A stretch of 63,421 bases of DNA, filler included, from Globobulimina sp. (taxonomy: Eukaryota): assembly GCA_003354225.1 (NCBI GenBank). It is 42 parts of 42 records of this genome, joined end to end, with 100 filler letters (N's around TTAATTAATTAA, not from the genome) between each part and the next. Parts side by side here need not be neighbours in the genome. Positions count along the whole stretch, not along the records: positions 1 to 1,414 come from PIVH01017062.1; positions 1,515 to 2,928 come from PIVH01017063.1; positions 3,029 to 4,442 come from PIVH01017064.1; positions 4,543 to 5,955 come from PIVH01017065.1; positions 6,056 to 7,468 come from PIVH01017066.1; positions 7,569 to 8,981 come from PIVH01017067.1; positions 9,082 to 10,494 come from PIVH01017068.1; 35 more parts are not named here. One strand, written 5' to 3'. The notes beneath the pieces are model-generated. The model saw only the letters and a program-made list of their open reading frames with translations, searched no databases and was not told the DNA's origin. This document shows positions 1-10,396 of the stretch, in pieces (the stretch's first letter is position 1; each line of letters begins with the position of its first letter). Both the position numbers and the translations under genes were made by a program.

Positions 1-467
1 TTAGATACAATCCAGATTAAAATGTAGATTTAATGTGTTTCCTGAGAATTTGGCGTGAATGTATGCCAAATCTCTGGATACCAAAGCAATGCGGCCATGA
101 ATCATCCTGGATCTATCTTAATGTGATTCTTGTTGATTCCATATAATTCAATACAACATTAAATCTTTTCGATGTACCATAAATCTTTTTGCATACAATT
201 ATACCATAAAATGCCATTTAGAATCTTTCTGAATGTCGACATTCACGAATTGAATGTATTCCATGTTTTGAATCTTTTGAATCGATTTGAATCTTTTTGA
301 ATCTTTGAGATTGCCATCGACCGTTTCTGAATGTCATGGCGAATCTAAGTCTTTACCCAAAGTTTTTGAACAAACATCACCAAAACTTACACACATTTCT
401 TTCCTATTTACACCGTTTCTAGCAAAGCAAATACAAATCACAGCAGCCAAGTACAAGTGTTCCAGCG

Positions 468-1414
468 ATGAAGAATTATCCATTATATATTGCGCCAGAA
501 AATCCTGCAATGCGCCAGAAAATAAGGTGGGAGGAAGCCTATGCGCAAGGCAGAAAAGATGAGAGAGAATATATCAATAAACAGGCAATTGGATGGAATC
601 ATAATCCATCATATCACGTACCATTGAGTCCATTGCCGCCACTCAATCCATCATATCACGTACCATCAACGATGAACGCGCAAATCCCACCTTTGCCGCC
701 AATATCAAATATCCAATTCGCAAATCCATTGAATCCTCCACCAATTAAAGCCATCACAAACGCATCGCAAATATCAAATAATTCGCAAGTAGCAGCAAAT
801 CCATCGCAAGCAGCAAATCCATCGAAAGAAGAAGCCGACGCTGGAACAATTGTATTGGTCGATGCTGACATTGAAGAGCCTCTCGTATGGCAACAATGTG
901 ACCTCTCAAGGATTGATTTTAAAGTTTTGTTATTTTTATAAAACGTTTCTGAGAATAATTTATGGTTTTTGTTGCACGTACTTTTACAGCGCACCTTGTC
1001 TCTTGTTTTGGTGCATAAAAAATGCAACAGAACCACCCTCAAAGATTTTGTGATACAGAGAGTATCAAATAAATTCCCGCGAACCTGGTATATTTTGGCG
1101 CGGTTTAATATTTTATTGAAAAGTGCCACATCAAAAAGGGCATATTGCGTAATTAATAAAAATGTATATGAGAATTATTCAGAAGGTATTTTAAAAAAAT
1201 ATGATGATTTGCAAAAAATGTATCCATGGCCGCATGAATTGGTGGTTCTTTACAGCGAAATTGTGGGCGAGATCAATGCGCGAATAATAAGAAGAAAGAA
1301 AAAGAAATTGGATGATAATAAACAAGCAAATACATTGCATTGTGGAGGATTAAATGTTGCGAATGATGGCAATAAAAACATTAATAACAATTCGACAGAA
1401 ACTATGGAGCTGAC
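468..1414 (+). CDS. Hypothetical protein, Pro/Asn-rich N-terminus, probably two exons (468-~925, ~970-1414), 3' partial
   Basis: Two successive ORFs separated by a short AT-rich stretch; internal repeats NPSYHVP x2 and AANPS x2; no domain recognised. Confidence 0.3.
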
Positions 1415-1514
1415 NNNNNNNNNNNNNNNNNNNNNNNNNNNNNNNNNNNNNNNNNNNNTTAATTAATTAANNNNNNNNNNNNNNNNNNNNNNNNNNNNNN
1501 NNNNNNNNNNNNNN
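1415..1514. other. Artificial contig spacer (N44-TTAATTAATTAA-N44); first of 41 identical spacers, last at 61911-62010
   Basis: Identical 100-bp block recurs every 1514-1511 bp; inter-spacer lengths fall monotonically 1414, 1413, 1412, 1411; TTAATTAATTAA gives stops in all six frames. Confidence 0.99.
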
Positions 1515-1616
1515 AAAAAAAAAAAAAATTGTAAGGAAAAGTTGGTCCAGTAATATTTGGTCATATCAATATTGTGGTCATAGCGTCTGCATCTTATCCG
1601 ATACATCACTGTATGT

Positions 1617-1804
1617 GATATAATAGTTGCATTACTACTTTGCATATGTTGATCGCAAAGTGAAAGCCGTGTCTAGATTTTACCATTCAGTCGTTGACCA
1701 GCTAACTAAAACGTAGTGAAAATGAAAAATGATGGATGTCATCTAGTTACTGCTTTCACTTTGCGATCAACATATGCAAAGTTTCGATATGCAACTATTA
1801 TATC
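1617..1804. repeat. Palindromic MITE-like element, ~62-bp imperfect inverted arms
   Basis: GATATAATAGTTGCAT..ACTTTGCATATGTTGATCGCAAAGTGAAAGC..CTAGAT (1617-1678) is the reverse complement of 1741-1804. Confidence 0.85.
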
Positions 1805-1937
1805 CCATAAAATAATCAATATACATGATTTTGGAGTGTTGAATGGATCAATAGAATTTTGTAGTATGTAAAAAATTGATCAATAGAAATGATTTCCGAG
1901 GCACAGCCGAAGGAAATCATATATTGATCCATTTTTA

Positions 1938-2093
1938 ACGTTTATATTAATTACAACGTTTATATTGATCCAATCAGAAATATCTGTATTAATTACAACG
2001 TTTATATTGATCGCATGATTTGTATTGATCGCATGATTTGTATTGATCGCATAGTTTGTATTGATCGCATTTGTATTGATCGCATTTGTATTG
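1938..2093. repeat. Minisatellite of 15/18-bp units (TGTATTGATCGCAT[GA]T) plus duplicated TATTAATTACAACGTTTATATTGATC
   Basis: Tandem copies read directly. Confidence 0.85.
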
Positions 2094-2262
2094 GTATTAT
2101 AATATATTGATATTACAGTAGTTATCAATAGTTTTATGATATTTATTACTATCCCGATCAATACAGGTATTGAGTCGAAAGTAAGCCGATCAATGGTATA
2201 TGAAAGCAGTATTTATATCATTTTAGTTATATTATAACGTCATAATAATAAGTTATAAATTA

Positions 2263-2470
2263 TATTTGACTTTTTAGGCTTAAACTTCTAAACACTTCTT
2301 TTGTGATTGGCAAGGTTTTTGGGTTAGCTAGAGTGATTTTCAACTTTGAATACTAGGATTCGAAACCTAGGTCAACTTCGAATACTAGGTTGAAAACCGC
2401 TCTAGCTAACCCAAAAACCTTGCCACTCACAAAAGAAGTGTTTAGAAGCTTAAGCCTAAAAAGTCAATTG
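2263..2470. mobile_element. MITE family A, full-length copy (208 bp, ~80-bp TIRs ending AAGTCAATTG)
   Basis: Near-perfect inverted arms TTGACTTTTTAGGCTTAAACTTCTAAACACTTCTTTTGTG...; TA on both flanks (2261-2262, 2471-2472); further copies at 7569-7620 and 53839-53967. Confidence 0.9.
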
Positions 2471-2614
2471 TATGTATGTTGTGTTATATTCTATAGTTTC
2501 CTTGAATTTTGCATCATCTCTTTACATGTTATTTGAAATTATGGTATACACAAAAGGCCAGGAAATGAACGACTATTTATGGAAACATACATATGAGAGT
2601 TTATGAGGCGATAA

Positions 2615-2735
2615 GGGAATGTTGGTAGGTGAAAAAAACTGCATTCTTTACAATCCTTTAAGAAAAACGTTTGAACTTCTTACAAGTTCTTACGAATGAA
2701 ATGGACCTAGAATTACGTCATTTACCAACATTCCC
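2615..2735. mobile_element. MITE family B (Tourist/PIF-Harbinger-like), short derivative
   Basis: Perfect 13-bp TIR GGGAATGTTGGTA / TACCAACATTCCC; TAA on both sides (2612-2614, 2736-2738); internal sequence matches the longer copy at 17867-18059. Confidence 0.85.
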
Positions 2736-3310
2736 TAACCCTGATATTAAAGTTTTCACGAAGTAAGCAAACGTTTTTATGAAATAAAAAGTTTTAAGGA
2801 TTCAAAAAAAATCACACTTACAGAGTTGCATCGCTTCTAAAGTAGTAATACAATAAACCAACAACAATTCACTGCATTTTCCTTTGTTATCCCTTTTAAT
2901 CCCTGTGAATTAAGCAAATCCTCATTCCNNNNNNNNNNNNNNNNNNNNNNNNNNNNNNNNNNNNNNNNNNNNTTAATTAATTAANNNNNNNNNNNNNNNN
3001 NNNNNNNNNNNNNNNNNNNNNNNNNNNNATATTAAAAAAATTGTAATGGATTATTATTGTCCATGTTTAGTAAATTGCGCATTGGTAAATAGATTGGAAA
3101 TACATTTTGATAATGTGACAGTAAATAACGATGGTTTATTAATCCAAGATATTGGGAATGGTTTATTGAAATTTAGACATTCATTAAAGAAATTAATGAG
3201 AAAAAAAAAACAATAGAAAACAATAAAAAACAAAAAAAAAAGTATGTATTGAACTTTACCATTTTCCATATCCTTTTTTTTTGTTTTTTTGTGTTTGCTT
3301 TTCCTAACTA

Positions 3311-3384
3311 ATTATTTTACATAATACCACCCATTATTTTACATAATACCACCCATTATTTTACACGAAACACATTATTTTACA
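3311..3384. repeat. 22-bp tandem repeat ATTATTTTACATAATACCACCC, ~3 copies
   Basis: Direct tandem copies. Confidence 0.85.
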
Positions 3385-3432
3385 TTGATATCCTTGCACA
3401 CAAAACGAAATTTGAATATTTTATCTCTGAGC

Positions 3433-3805
3433 ATGGCGTCCCTTTATGTGTGTAAATTCATGAACAAATCATTCCAATGCAATAAATACAATCGCTGTAA
3501 CTATTATTATTTCTTCAATCATATGAAAAGATCAATACTTATTTCAAACGCATTCACAAAAAAACCAACAAAGAGTCATTTGTCATTGTTCAGATCAACC
3601 AAACACCAAATGTGTTATCCCAAAAATTCACACCCAGTGGCTACAATATATTAGAAACAGACAACAAGACATTGGATATCTCGTCGTATAAGGACTCAAT
3701 GAACAAATCAGGATTGGCGAGAGAATTATTTGTGATCGACGGAATTAAGAATGTGTTCATGACCAAAGAATATGTGACAGTCACTGTGGATGACACATTA
3801 AAACA
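3433..3805 (+). pseudogene. NFU1: NFU1-like Fe-S scaffold N-terminal domain, frameshifted and truncated
   Basis: VQINQTPNVLSQKFTP...SGLARELFVIDGIKNVFMTKEYVTVT fits the Nfu_N pattern (TPNP.SLKF.P...SPLA..LF.I.GV..VF....ITV); the ATG-bearing frame differs from the domain frame, shift near the A-run at ~3557-3564; similarity stops at ~3805. Confidence 0.7.
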
Positions 3806-3919
3806 AGGGATAATTAAATGTTCTGGAAAAAAAACATTCCTCAGTCAACATTCTGAAAACATTCTGAAGCTAAAAAACATTCCTCTAACATTCTAAAAAC
3901 ATTCCTCTTCCATCACACC

Positions 3920-4435
3920 ATGTCATTCGGTTTTTTTTACGACGACGAAAGCTCAGAGCCTCCACAGACAGAAAGCAGTTCAGACGATGACGGGCCATCA
4001 CTGCCACAAATAACTGCCAAAGAAAGACGCAATTTCAAAAAGCTTAGAATGAGAGTTGAGAGGCAAAGAAAGAAAGAAAATCAACAACGAATTGCAAATA
4101 AGAAGATGCAATTATGGGTGAAACATAAACCACCATGGAACGATATTTTGGAGGAATTTGGTATTCAATTGAATGAAAATGATGAATTTATGATCGGGGA
4201 TACAAAGTATTCAAAGACTCTTTTGAATCCATACATTGAAGTCATGGAAAATATACAATTAAATGGAAAATATACAACTATTTTTTTAAAGAATGGAAAA
4301 TATACAATTAAATTTAAGTTAACATCTGCTTTTAACCGAGCCATTGGATATGCATCAGAGGCGAAACCAAAGTATTCACATATATTGGATGAGGAGATGG
4401 CGATTTTAAAACAAGATATAACTATGGATATCTGA
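3920..4435 (+). CDS. Hypothetical protein, acidic N-terminus then basic NLS-like segment; possibly transposon-borne
   Basis: 171-aa ORF preceded by a cluster of AACATTC repeats. Confidence 0.4.
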   Translation: MSFGFFYDDESSEPPQTESSSDDDGPSLPQITAKERRNFKKLRMRVERQRKKENQQRIANKKMQLWVKHKPPWNDILEEFGIQLNENDEFMIGDTKYSKTLLNPYIEVMENIQLNGKYTTIFLKNGKYTIKFKLTSAFNRAIGYASEAKPKYSHILDEEMAILKQDITMDI

Positions 4436-4542
4436 TGGTGAANNNNNNNNNNNNNNNNNNNNNNNNNNNNNNNNNNNNNNNNNNNNTTAATTAATTAANN
4501 NNNNNNNNNNNNNNNNNNNNNNNNNNNNNNNNNNNNNNNNNN

Positions 4543-4886
4543 GCAAAATAGCCTTGCGAGGATAGGAAACAAAATAATATGATTGCGCCCAAAATGCTGC
4601 ACGGCTTCTGGTCGCATGCTAAGTTTGTGGGGGATAGGAAAAATTGTATGAAAAAACATAATCCAAATAAAAAATCGAATATACAGCGTGAAAATATTAA
4701 TACAGCGGGATGTTCGCGCAATTTAGCATTGTACATATATGTGGCCATCACAAACATACATCCACACATGGTTAATATGGAGCCGATTAAGTAATATATG
4801 TGTAAAGTATTGCATGTATCTTCTGAATCTGTGCATATTGTGCAAATATGAGACTGCATATTGTGATCATGATCTGCCTCGGACAT
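4543..4886 (-). CDS. cAMP-receptor-like (Dicty_CAR-type) 7TM GPCR, 5' part
   Basis: TM1 IGSILTMCGCMFVMATY, loop KLREHPAVLIF..CIFD, extracellular Cys then CSILGAIILFCFLSS. Confidence 0.75.
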
Positions 4887-4951
4887 GCTGATTCTATAAG
4901 GTTTTTTAATTCGAGAAAAAAAAAGTACTTTTAGTAACTAGCCAAATCACA

Positions 4952-5955
4952 ATGTCGCAAGACATCAATGAGCCACTGTTGACATATGAACCAGACGGCA
5001 ATAAACCATCCAAAAACAAAAAAAAGAGAAAGAAATTAAATGCGAAACACATCAATATACCAAACGCTGAGCATTTAAGAGAATCCAAAGTATTTGTTAC
5101 AAGAGAAACGGTTTCAGTTTATATTGATTGCGATATAAAGAACCATCAAACCAATATTGTTTCAGATACAATAATTTTACTAAATGATGACGAGAAGTTT
5201 CATGAAAATTGGATTGAAGTTTATTTACCAATTCCTGGCTGGATTACATATGATACATTTACAACTTCATTAATTAAAATAACTAATCACTACGCAACCA
5301 CTGAGAACACAGAGTTTTTGTTGGACAAATTCCGCGAAAAAGAAGCGAATGAAAACAAATGCATAGAAGCTATCAAATTATACTTTCGCAAAAGACCACG
5401 TTTATTAAATCTCATCGTCTTAATAGTATTAGGTTTTTGTGAATTATTTGTGATTACAGATCTTTACTTTGATACTGTAGTCGCCATTGAATTGTACAAA
5501 GCGGTGCAACCAATCTGGTTTTCAGTCAGTTGCGTTCTGATCATTGCACCGTACTTTGTTGCTTGGGCCGTATTATTCCAATTCATTCGCAACAAAGTTT
5601 TCTTGCAATCATTCCATGACAAAACTTGCAAACAATTTTGCTTCAAGTTCATATTGTTGCCATTGTTCCTGATATCGCCGCTTGGTCTGCTTACCCTGAT
5701 ATTGTACGATGGGTATCATACATTGAATGTTTTGTGTTAAAACCAATCTGGTTTGGCATAACCGGCCGGAAATTACGTACAGAATCATACGGAGAACGTG
5801 GATATAAAAAATTAAGGTATGACTGCAATATTTGATGCATGTCAGCCCACTTTATTTTGTGTATACTTTAAGATCCGTATCAGAAATATTCGCAGAAACG
5901 ATATGCCAATCAATGTTTTATGCGTGGATATTATACAGAACACGGCGCGAAGGAC
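4952..5955 (+). CDS. XK-related-like multipass membrane protein; frameshift ~5715, intron 5817-5872, 3' partial
   Basis: DLYFDTVVAIELY..WFSVSCVLIIAP; continues in another frame (ECFVLKPIWF..GYKKLR) then after GT..AG intron SVSEIFAETICQ (XK E..LES.PQ-like). Confidence 0.55.
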
Positions 5956-6422
5956 NNNNNNNNNNNNNNNNNNNNNNNNNNNNNNNNNNNNNNNNNNNNT
6001 TAATTAATTAANNNNNNNNNNNNNNNNNNNNNNNNNNNNNNNNNNNNNNNNNNNNTCAATTGCAACTGCTATGAAAGAAGCATACTATGATTATGGGAAG
6101 CAATTATTATCACAAAATATTGATTGTGATTATAAATGTTATGAAGGAGCCTTTTAATCAGCATCATGTGAATGTAAAAACTGTGGGTATAGTGATTGTT
6201 GCTCAATCAACACTGCGATTGCAAGAACATATTATATCTCCTTTGGCGTTGTATGTTTCGTCTTGCTTTACATGTAAAATTTTGCTAGTTTATAAAACAT
6301 TTGCATCGACAGAAACTATCAACAAAAAATTATCATAAAACAAGGTGCTTTTTTGATAGGGGTTTGTTGGATACGCGTAACCTTTTAGTAACTATTATAT
6401 AAAAGAAAACATCTTTTTTTTA

Positions 6423-7468
6423 ATGGCACGGCTTCGTGAAACTTTTAAGTTGCATCAAAAATTAGCAAAATGTATCAACAATCCCAATTCTGAATTATGG
6501 TGTGAATATTATACTGCATTAAATAAACTTGAAAGTGAATTAAGAATATCTTCTGGCATTAGTCGCATTACACAATTCTCACCCAATGAGTTAAACAAAA
6601 TATTATTGCAACAAAAAGAATTCTGGATAGCAAATAAAACAAATAAAAAATCTGTTAAACAAATGTTAAAACATCTTATATTTTATGGAAATCATTGTTT
6701 CATTCATATATTAATGTATTTTAAATCTATATCAGAAAGAGAAGAATTGATAGCAATGATTGTAATGGCACATAATAACTGTTGTCATGCCTTTGAGAAA
6801 TTTGATTTGGTCATATGTCCTGCACTAAAATGTACAACAGCGCTTGAAATATTAATCATATTAACAACAGAATTTAGTGAGCGGTACGGCACTCAAGAAT
6901 GGAAATACGTATTTTGGAGGACATTTGTTTATTTTTTGCTGGATCCGGATCAGTCAGTTGGTGGTGACCAAACTGAACTATCTCTACAGACAATGGCTGG
7001 TTTTATGTTGTTTTTTAGTGCAAAATACATTGAAAATGTGTTGTTAAATAAAAGTGCCAAAGAATTACAGAAAGAAATTGTTTCAAATTTACCAACAGAA
7101 CAAAGATTAGCAAATATTGTTGCAATGGAAATAATCAATGTATTATTTAGTTTTCGTAACTATAAAGATATTGAGAAATATGCAAAAATGTTTATACCTC
7201 AGACATTTGACAGAAATAAATACAATCTCACATTAATAGGGGACCTATGTTTCCTTTATGGAAAAATGCATTTAAAAAATGAAAGATATTTGGATGCAAA
7301 ATATGAATTTATTGGTGCCATTTATTATGCGACATCGTTTGTGATCATATCTTTATCATTGCAATATTTAAGTACAATTTGTAAATATTTTGGTGAATAT
7401 GGAATTGGTTTAAAATGTTTAAAACTTGCATATAAATTATGTCACGTTGATAATGAAATGTGTATTGC
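6423..7468 (+). CDS. Hypothetical helical (TPR-like) protein, 3' partial
   Basis: Long ORF; TPR-like segments LYGKMHLKNERYLDAKYEF, KYFGEYGIGLKCLKLAY. Confidence 0.55.
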
Positions 7469-7568
7469 NNNNNNNNNNNNNNNNNNNNNNNNNNNNNNNN
7501 NNNNNNNNNNNNTTAATTAATTAANNNNNNNNNNNNNNNNNNNNNNNNNNNNNNNNNNNNNNNNNNNN

Positions 7569-7620
7569 CTTGCCAATCACAAAAGAAGTGTTTAGAAGTT
7601 TAAGCCTAAAAAGTCAATTG
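7569..7620. mobile_element. MITE family A right arm at contig start
   Basis: CTTGCCAATCACAAAAGAAGTGTTTAGAAGTTTAAGCCTAAAAAGTCAATTG nearly identical to 2419-2470. Confidence 0.9.
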
Positions 7621-7637
7621 AAAAAAACTGCAACAAA

Positions 7638-8780
7638 TCATGTCCAAACAATGAATGCAGAAAATCCGATAATGTCACCATTTGCTGTCCTCCCAATCAC
7701 AAAGTTTTGATGAATTGAATTGAACAGTTCCTCTTCCTCATAGCCTTTGAAATGCTCATTGTCTTCGTCCATTGCCATATCACAGGGAACTACAATAATT
7801 GATGTATCATTTAAATTTTTATTCAAATAATCAACCCATTCAAAACTAAAATTATTTGATTGTTTTTCATCAATATAAATACCACTCATTTTTTGTACAT
7901 TTTGCACTGTTAATTTAACGCGCTTTGTATCAATATGTTTAATCATAGTTTCATTTAATAGCAAATCATTGATACTTTTATTAAATACATTCTTTGTTAA
8001 ATCGTCAAATCCGCGTTTAAGTTGTTTCAATCCTTTCTGTTTTAAATTCCTTTCCATAATCAATAATTGCAAAAATTGTTTCGTTGTGAAATAATTATCA
8101 TTTTCAACTATAAATTCAGTAATAATGTTACAAAAAAGTGGAATTTGTGATATCACACATTTTGATTTTTTAATCGCTGATATTGTTTTTGATTGACTGC
8201 AAATTATTTTATGATCATTATACAAAATGATTGGATTTAAGTAATCGTCGGTTTCTGATCGAAACATAATATTTGCTGTTGTTGACAATCTATTTAATTC
8301 ACTCAAAAATACATTAATATTAAATTCCGATTTTTTATCATTATTTGATGATAGATTGGTTGCCAAATTATTTTTATTCCAATTGAATTTACTCCTCATT
8401 CTCATGAATCTTAATGCTAATTTTTCATTTTTATTGTTATTATTGCTTTCATTTAATTTGCTTTTCTTTGTTGATGGTTTATTGTCATTCATATCTGTTT
8501 CTTGATCACTTTCATCCAAAATCATCGATAAACTTCTTTTTCTGCCATTTTTATTTCCAACATTATTATTATTATTATCATTTTTCGGAGTTGATCCTTT
8601 GAAATAAGAATCAGCACACTTATTAATATCTAAATCATTATTTTTGAGGCATTCAAGTAATTTTCTATCTGATGACTCCGAGGTAATGCTACGTAATGCA
8701 TTTAATTTCGTTTGCATTTCGGGTATTGGTATTCCCCATAATTCACACATATTAGTTAACATTTCATTCACTGTGGACAT
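7638..8780 (-). CDS. UBA/CUE-like domain plus nuclease A inhibitor (NuiA)-like domain protein
   Basis: LRSIT..SDRKLLECLKNNDLDINKCADSYF (UBA-like); IMFRSETDDYLNPI and terminal FVIGRTANGDIIGFSAFIVWT resemble NuiA LLFMSESEYPF and YIIG.T..G.LAGIST.VVET. Confidence 0.6.
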   Translation of the reverse strand: MSTVNEMLTNMCELWGIPIPEMQTKLNALRSITSESSDRKLLECLKNNDLDINKCADSYFKGSTPKNDNNNNNVGNKNGRKRSLSMILDESDQETDMNDNKPSTKKSKLNESNNNNKNEKLALRFMRMRSKFNWNKNNLATNLSSNNDKKSEFNINVFLSELNRLSTTANIMFRSETDDYLNPIILYNDHKIICSQSKTISAIKKSKCVISQIPLFCNIITEFIVENDNYFTTKQFLQLLIMERNLKQKGLKQLKRGFDDLTKNVFNKSINDLLLNETMIKHIDTKRVKLTVQNVQKMSGIYIDEKQSNNFSFEWVDYLNKNLNDTSIIVVPCDMAMDEDNEHFKGYEEEELFNSIHQNFVIGRTANGDIIGFSAFIVWT

Positions 8781-9081
8781 CACGTAAACTGTTTGTTGAT
8801 TCAGACAGGATGGTAAGTAGTAGCAAGTTTGAGTAGTCACTCTTCACTAACTATTTTCTTCTGTGTTCACAATACATTCCCGTTCACATCCACTAAAAAC
8901 TAATTCCCATTCGCATTTCTCATCTGATTGATATCCCCCACAAACCCTCTAAACTCCTCCAATAAACGACACAATGGGCAGNNNNNNNNNNNNNNNNNNN
9001 NNNNNNNNNNNNNNNNNNNNNNNNNTTAATTAATTAANNNNNNNNNNNNNNNNNNNNNNNNNNNNNNNNNNNNNNNNNNNN

Positions 9082-9290
9082 TTGATGATTTTGTTGGTTT
9101 GATAGAGCAAGTGTTGATTGAGTCTGTTGTCAGCTTCAGTGATGGAGATATGGGATTTGCAGCAAGTATTTTGGGTGTTAGTCAAAAAGGGTTGGAGCAA
9201 AAATTATCTAGGGATTTTGGAAGCAAGGACGTAGCAGAATTGTATGTTTTGGCTAAAAGAATGCGTAAAAACAAAGTTAAAGTTAATTAG
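9082..9290 (+). CDS. Bacterial Fis-type helix-turn-helix protein, 5' partial
   Basis: IEQVLIESVVSFSDGDMGFAASILGVSQKGLEQKL fits HTH_8; stop 8 bp before the next ATG. Confidence 0.6.
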
Positions 9291-9298
9291 GGGTAAGT

Positions 9299-10396
9299 AT
9301 GCTTAAAAATTTCACTAGAGGCGGTCAAACTTTAATGCACAAATGGCAAATGTCATTACAAGTTTTAAAAAAAATCTTTTTTGTGATGCTGCTTGGGTGG
9401 TTGATTGTTTTTTGTCTGTTTGTATTAACTCAAGTTCCTAGTAGAGCTTGGTACAATTGCTCTGCTTATGCTATAGCACACATTAAAACCCATAAATATA
9501 TAACGTCAACTCCAGAATATGTTATGCAAACCTATGATGGAATAACAAAATATTCAGATCTTATTAAAAAAGATAAGGCTATTAAAAATCAAGCAATGGC
9601 GGTTTGGCTTGTCCTGAAAAGTGCTTTTTGGTATGGGTGTCTTTTAAATTTAATATTCTTTATTTTTGTCTATATTATTTTGAATTTTCGTGGCAAGTCA
9701 CAGGGCAAAACTAAGCATGTGCGGGGAACAAAATTGGTTAAACCTAAGAGTCTTAGAAGGCGATTAATACTTACTTTCAAAGCGTCTAAGATTGAAATAT
9801 CTGGATTACCTTTAGTAAAGAATTCCGAGACTACCCATATATTAATATCTGGTGTTACTGGTGTGGGGAAGACTGCTTTGATATTGACTTTGTTAAAGTT
9901 TGTTAGGTTGTTAGGGTGGAAGGCTTTAATAGTAGATACTACTGGTTCATTTGTTGAGAAGTTTTATCGTCCGAAGTATGACAAAATATTAAATGTTTTT
10001 GATGAAAGGTGCAACTCATGGACGTTCTGGGGAGAATGCACAGAAGAGCCACACTATGAGGCTTTGATGAAATCCGCTATAAAATCTGATGGTAGCGTTG
10101 AGAATGGTGACTTTTGGGCTGGTGCTGCTCGTGTCATTGTGGCTGAATTATTGCGTGAAATGCAACGTCAAGGTAAGACTAGCAATAAAGAACTAGCTCA
10201 GCATTTGTTCTATGATAAAGTTGATGAGCTAAAAAGATTTTTAGACGAAACAACAGCAGCTAGGTTTGTTCAAGAAGAAGCTGGCAAGATGCCATATAAT
10301 ATATTGGCTCATTTGATAGCTCCGTTACAATTAATTAGATATTTGCCAGATTCAGAATGCTCTCCCACTCGTATAGCTGCTCAGGATTTTTCTTAA
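9299..10396 (+). CDS. traD: F-type type IV secretion coupling protein TraD, C-terminally truncated
   Basis: NFTRGGQ N-terminus, two TM helices, HVRGT motif, LPLVKNSETTHILISGVTGVGKT (Walker A), IVDTTGSFVEKFY, LNVFDERC..W, FW..AAR; no introns; AGGGG upstream of ATG. Confidence 0.9.
   Translation: MLKNFTRGGQTLMHKWQMSLQVLKKIFFVMLLGWLIVFCLFVLTQVPSRAWYNCSAYAIAHIKTHKYITSTPEYVMQTYDGITKYSDLIKKDKAIKNQAMAVWLVLKSAFWYGCLLNLIFFIFVYIILNFRGKSQGKTKHVRGTKLVKPKSLRRRLILTFKASKIEISGLPLVKNSETTHILISGVTGVGKTALILTLLKFVRLLGWKALIVDTTGSFVEKFYRPKYDKILNVFDERCNSWTFWGECTEEPHYEALMKSAIKSDGSVENGDFWAGAARVIVAELLREMQRQGKTSNKELAQHLFYDKVDELKRFLDETTAARFVQEEAGKMPYNILAHLIAPLQLIRYLPDSECSPTRIAAQDFS

Noticed and set aside
1880-2161. INTNA-repeat ORF
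   Set aside because: Translation of a minisatellite; other frames contain stops and there is no ATG or domain support
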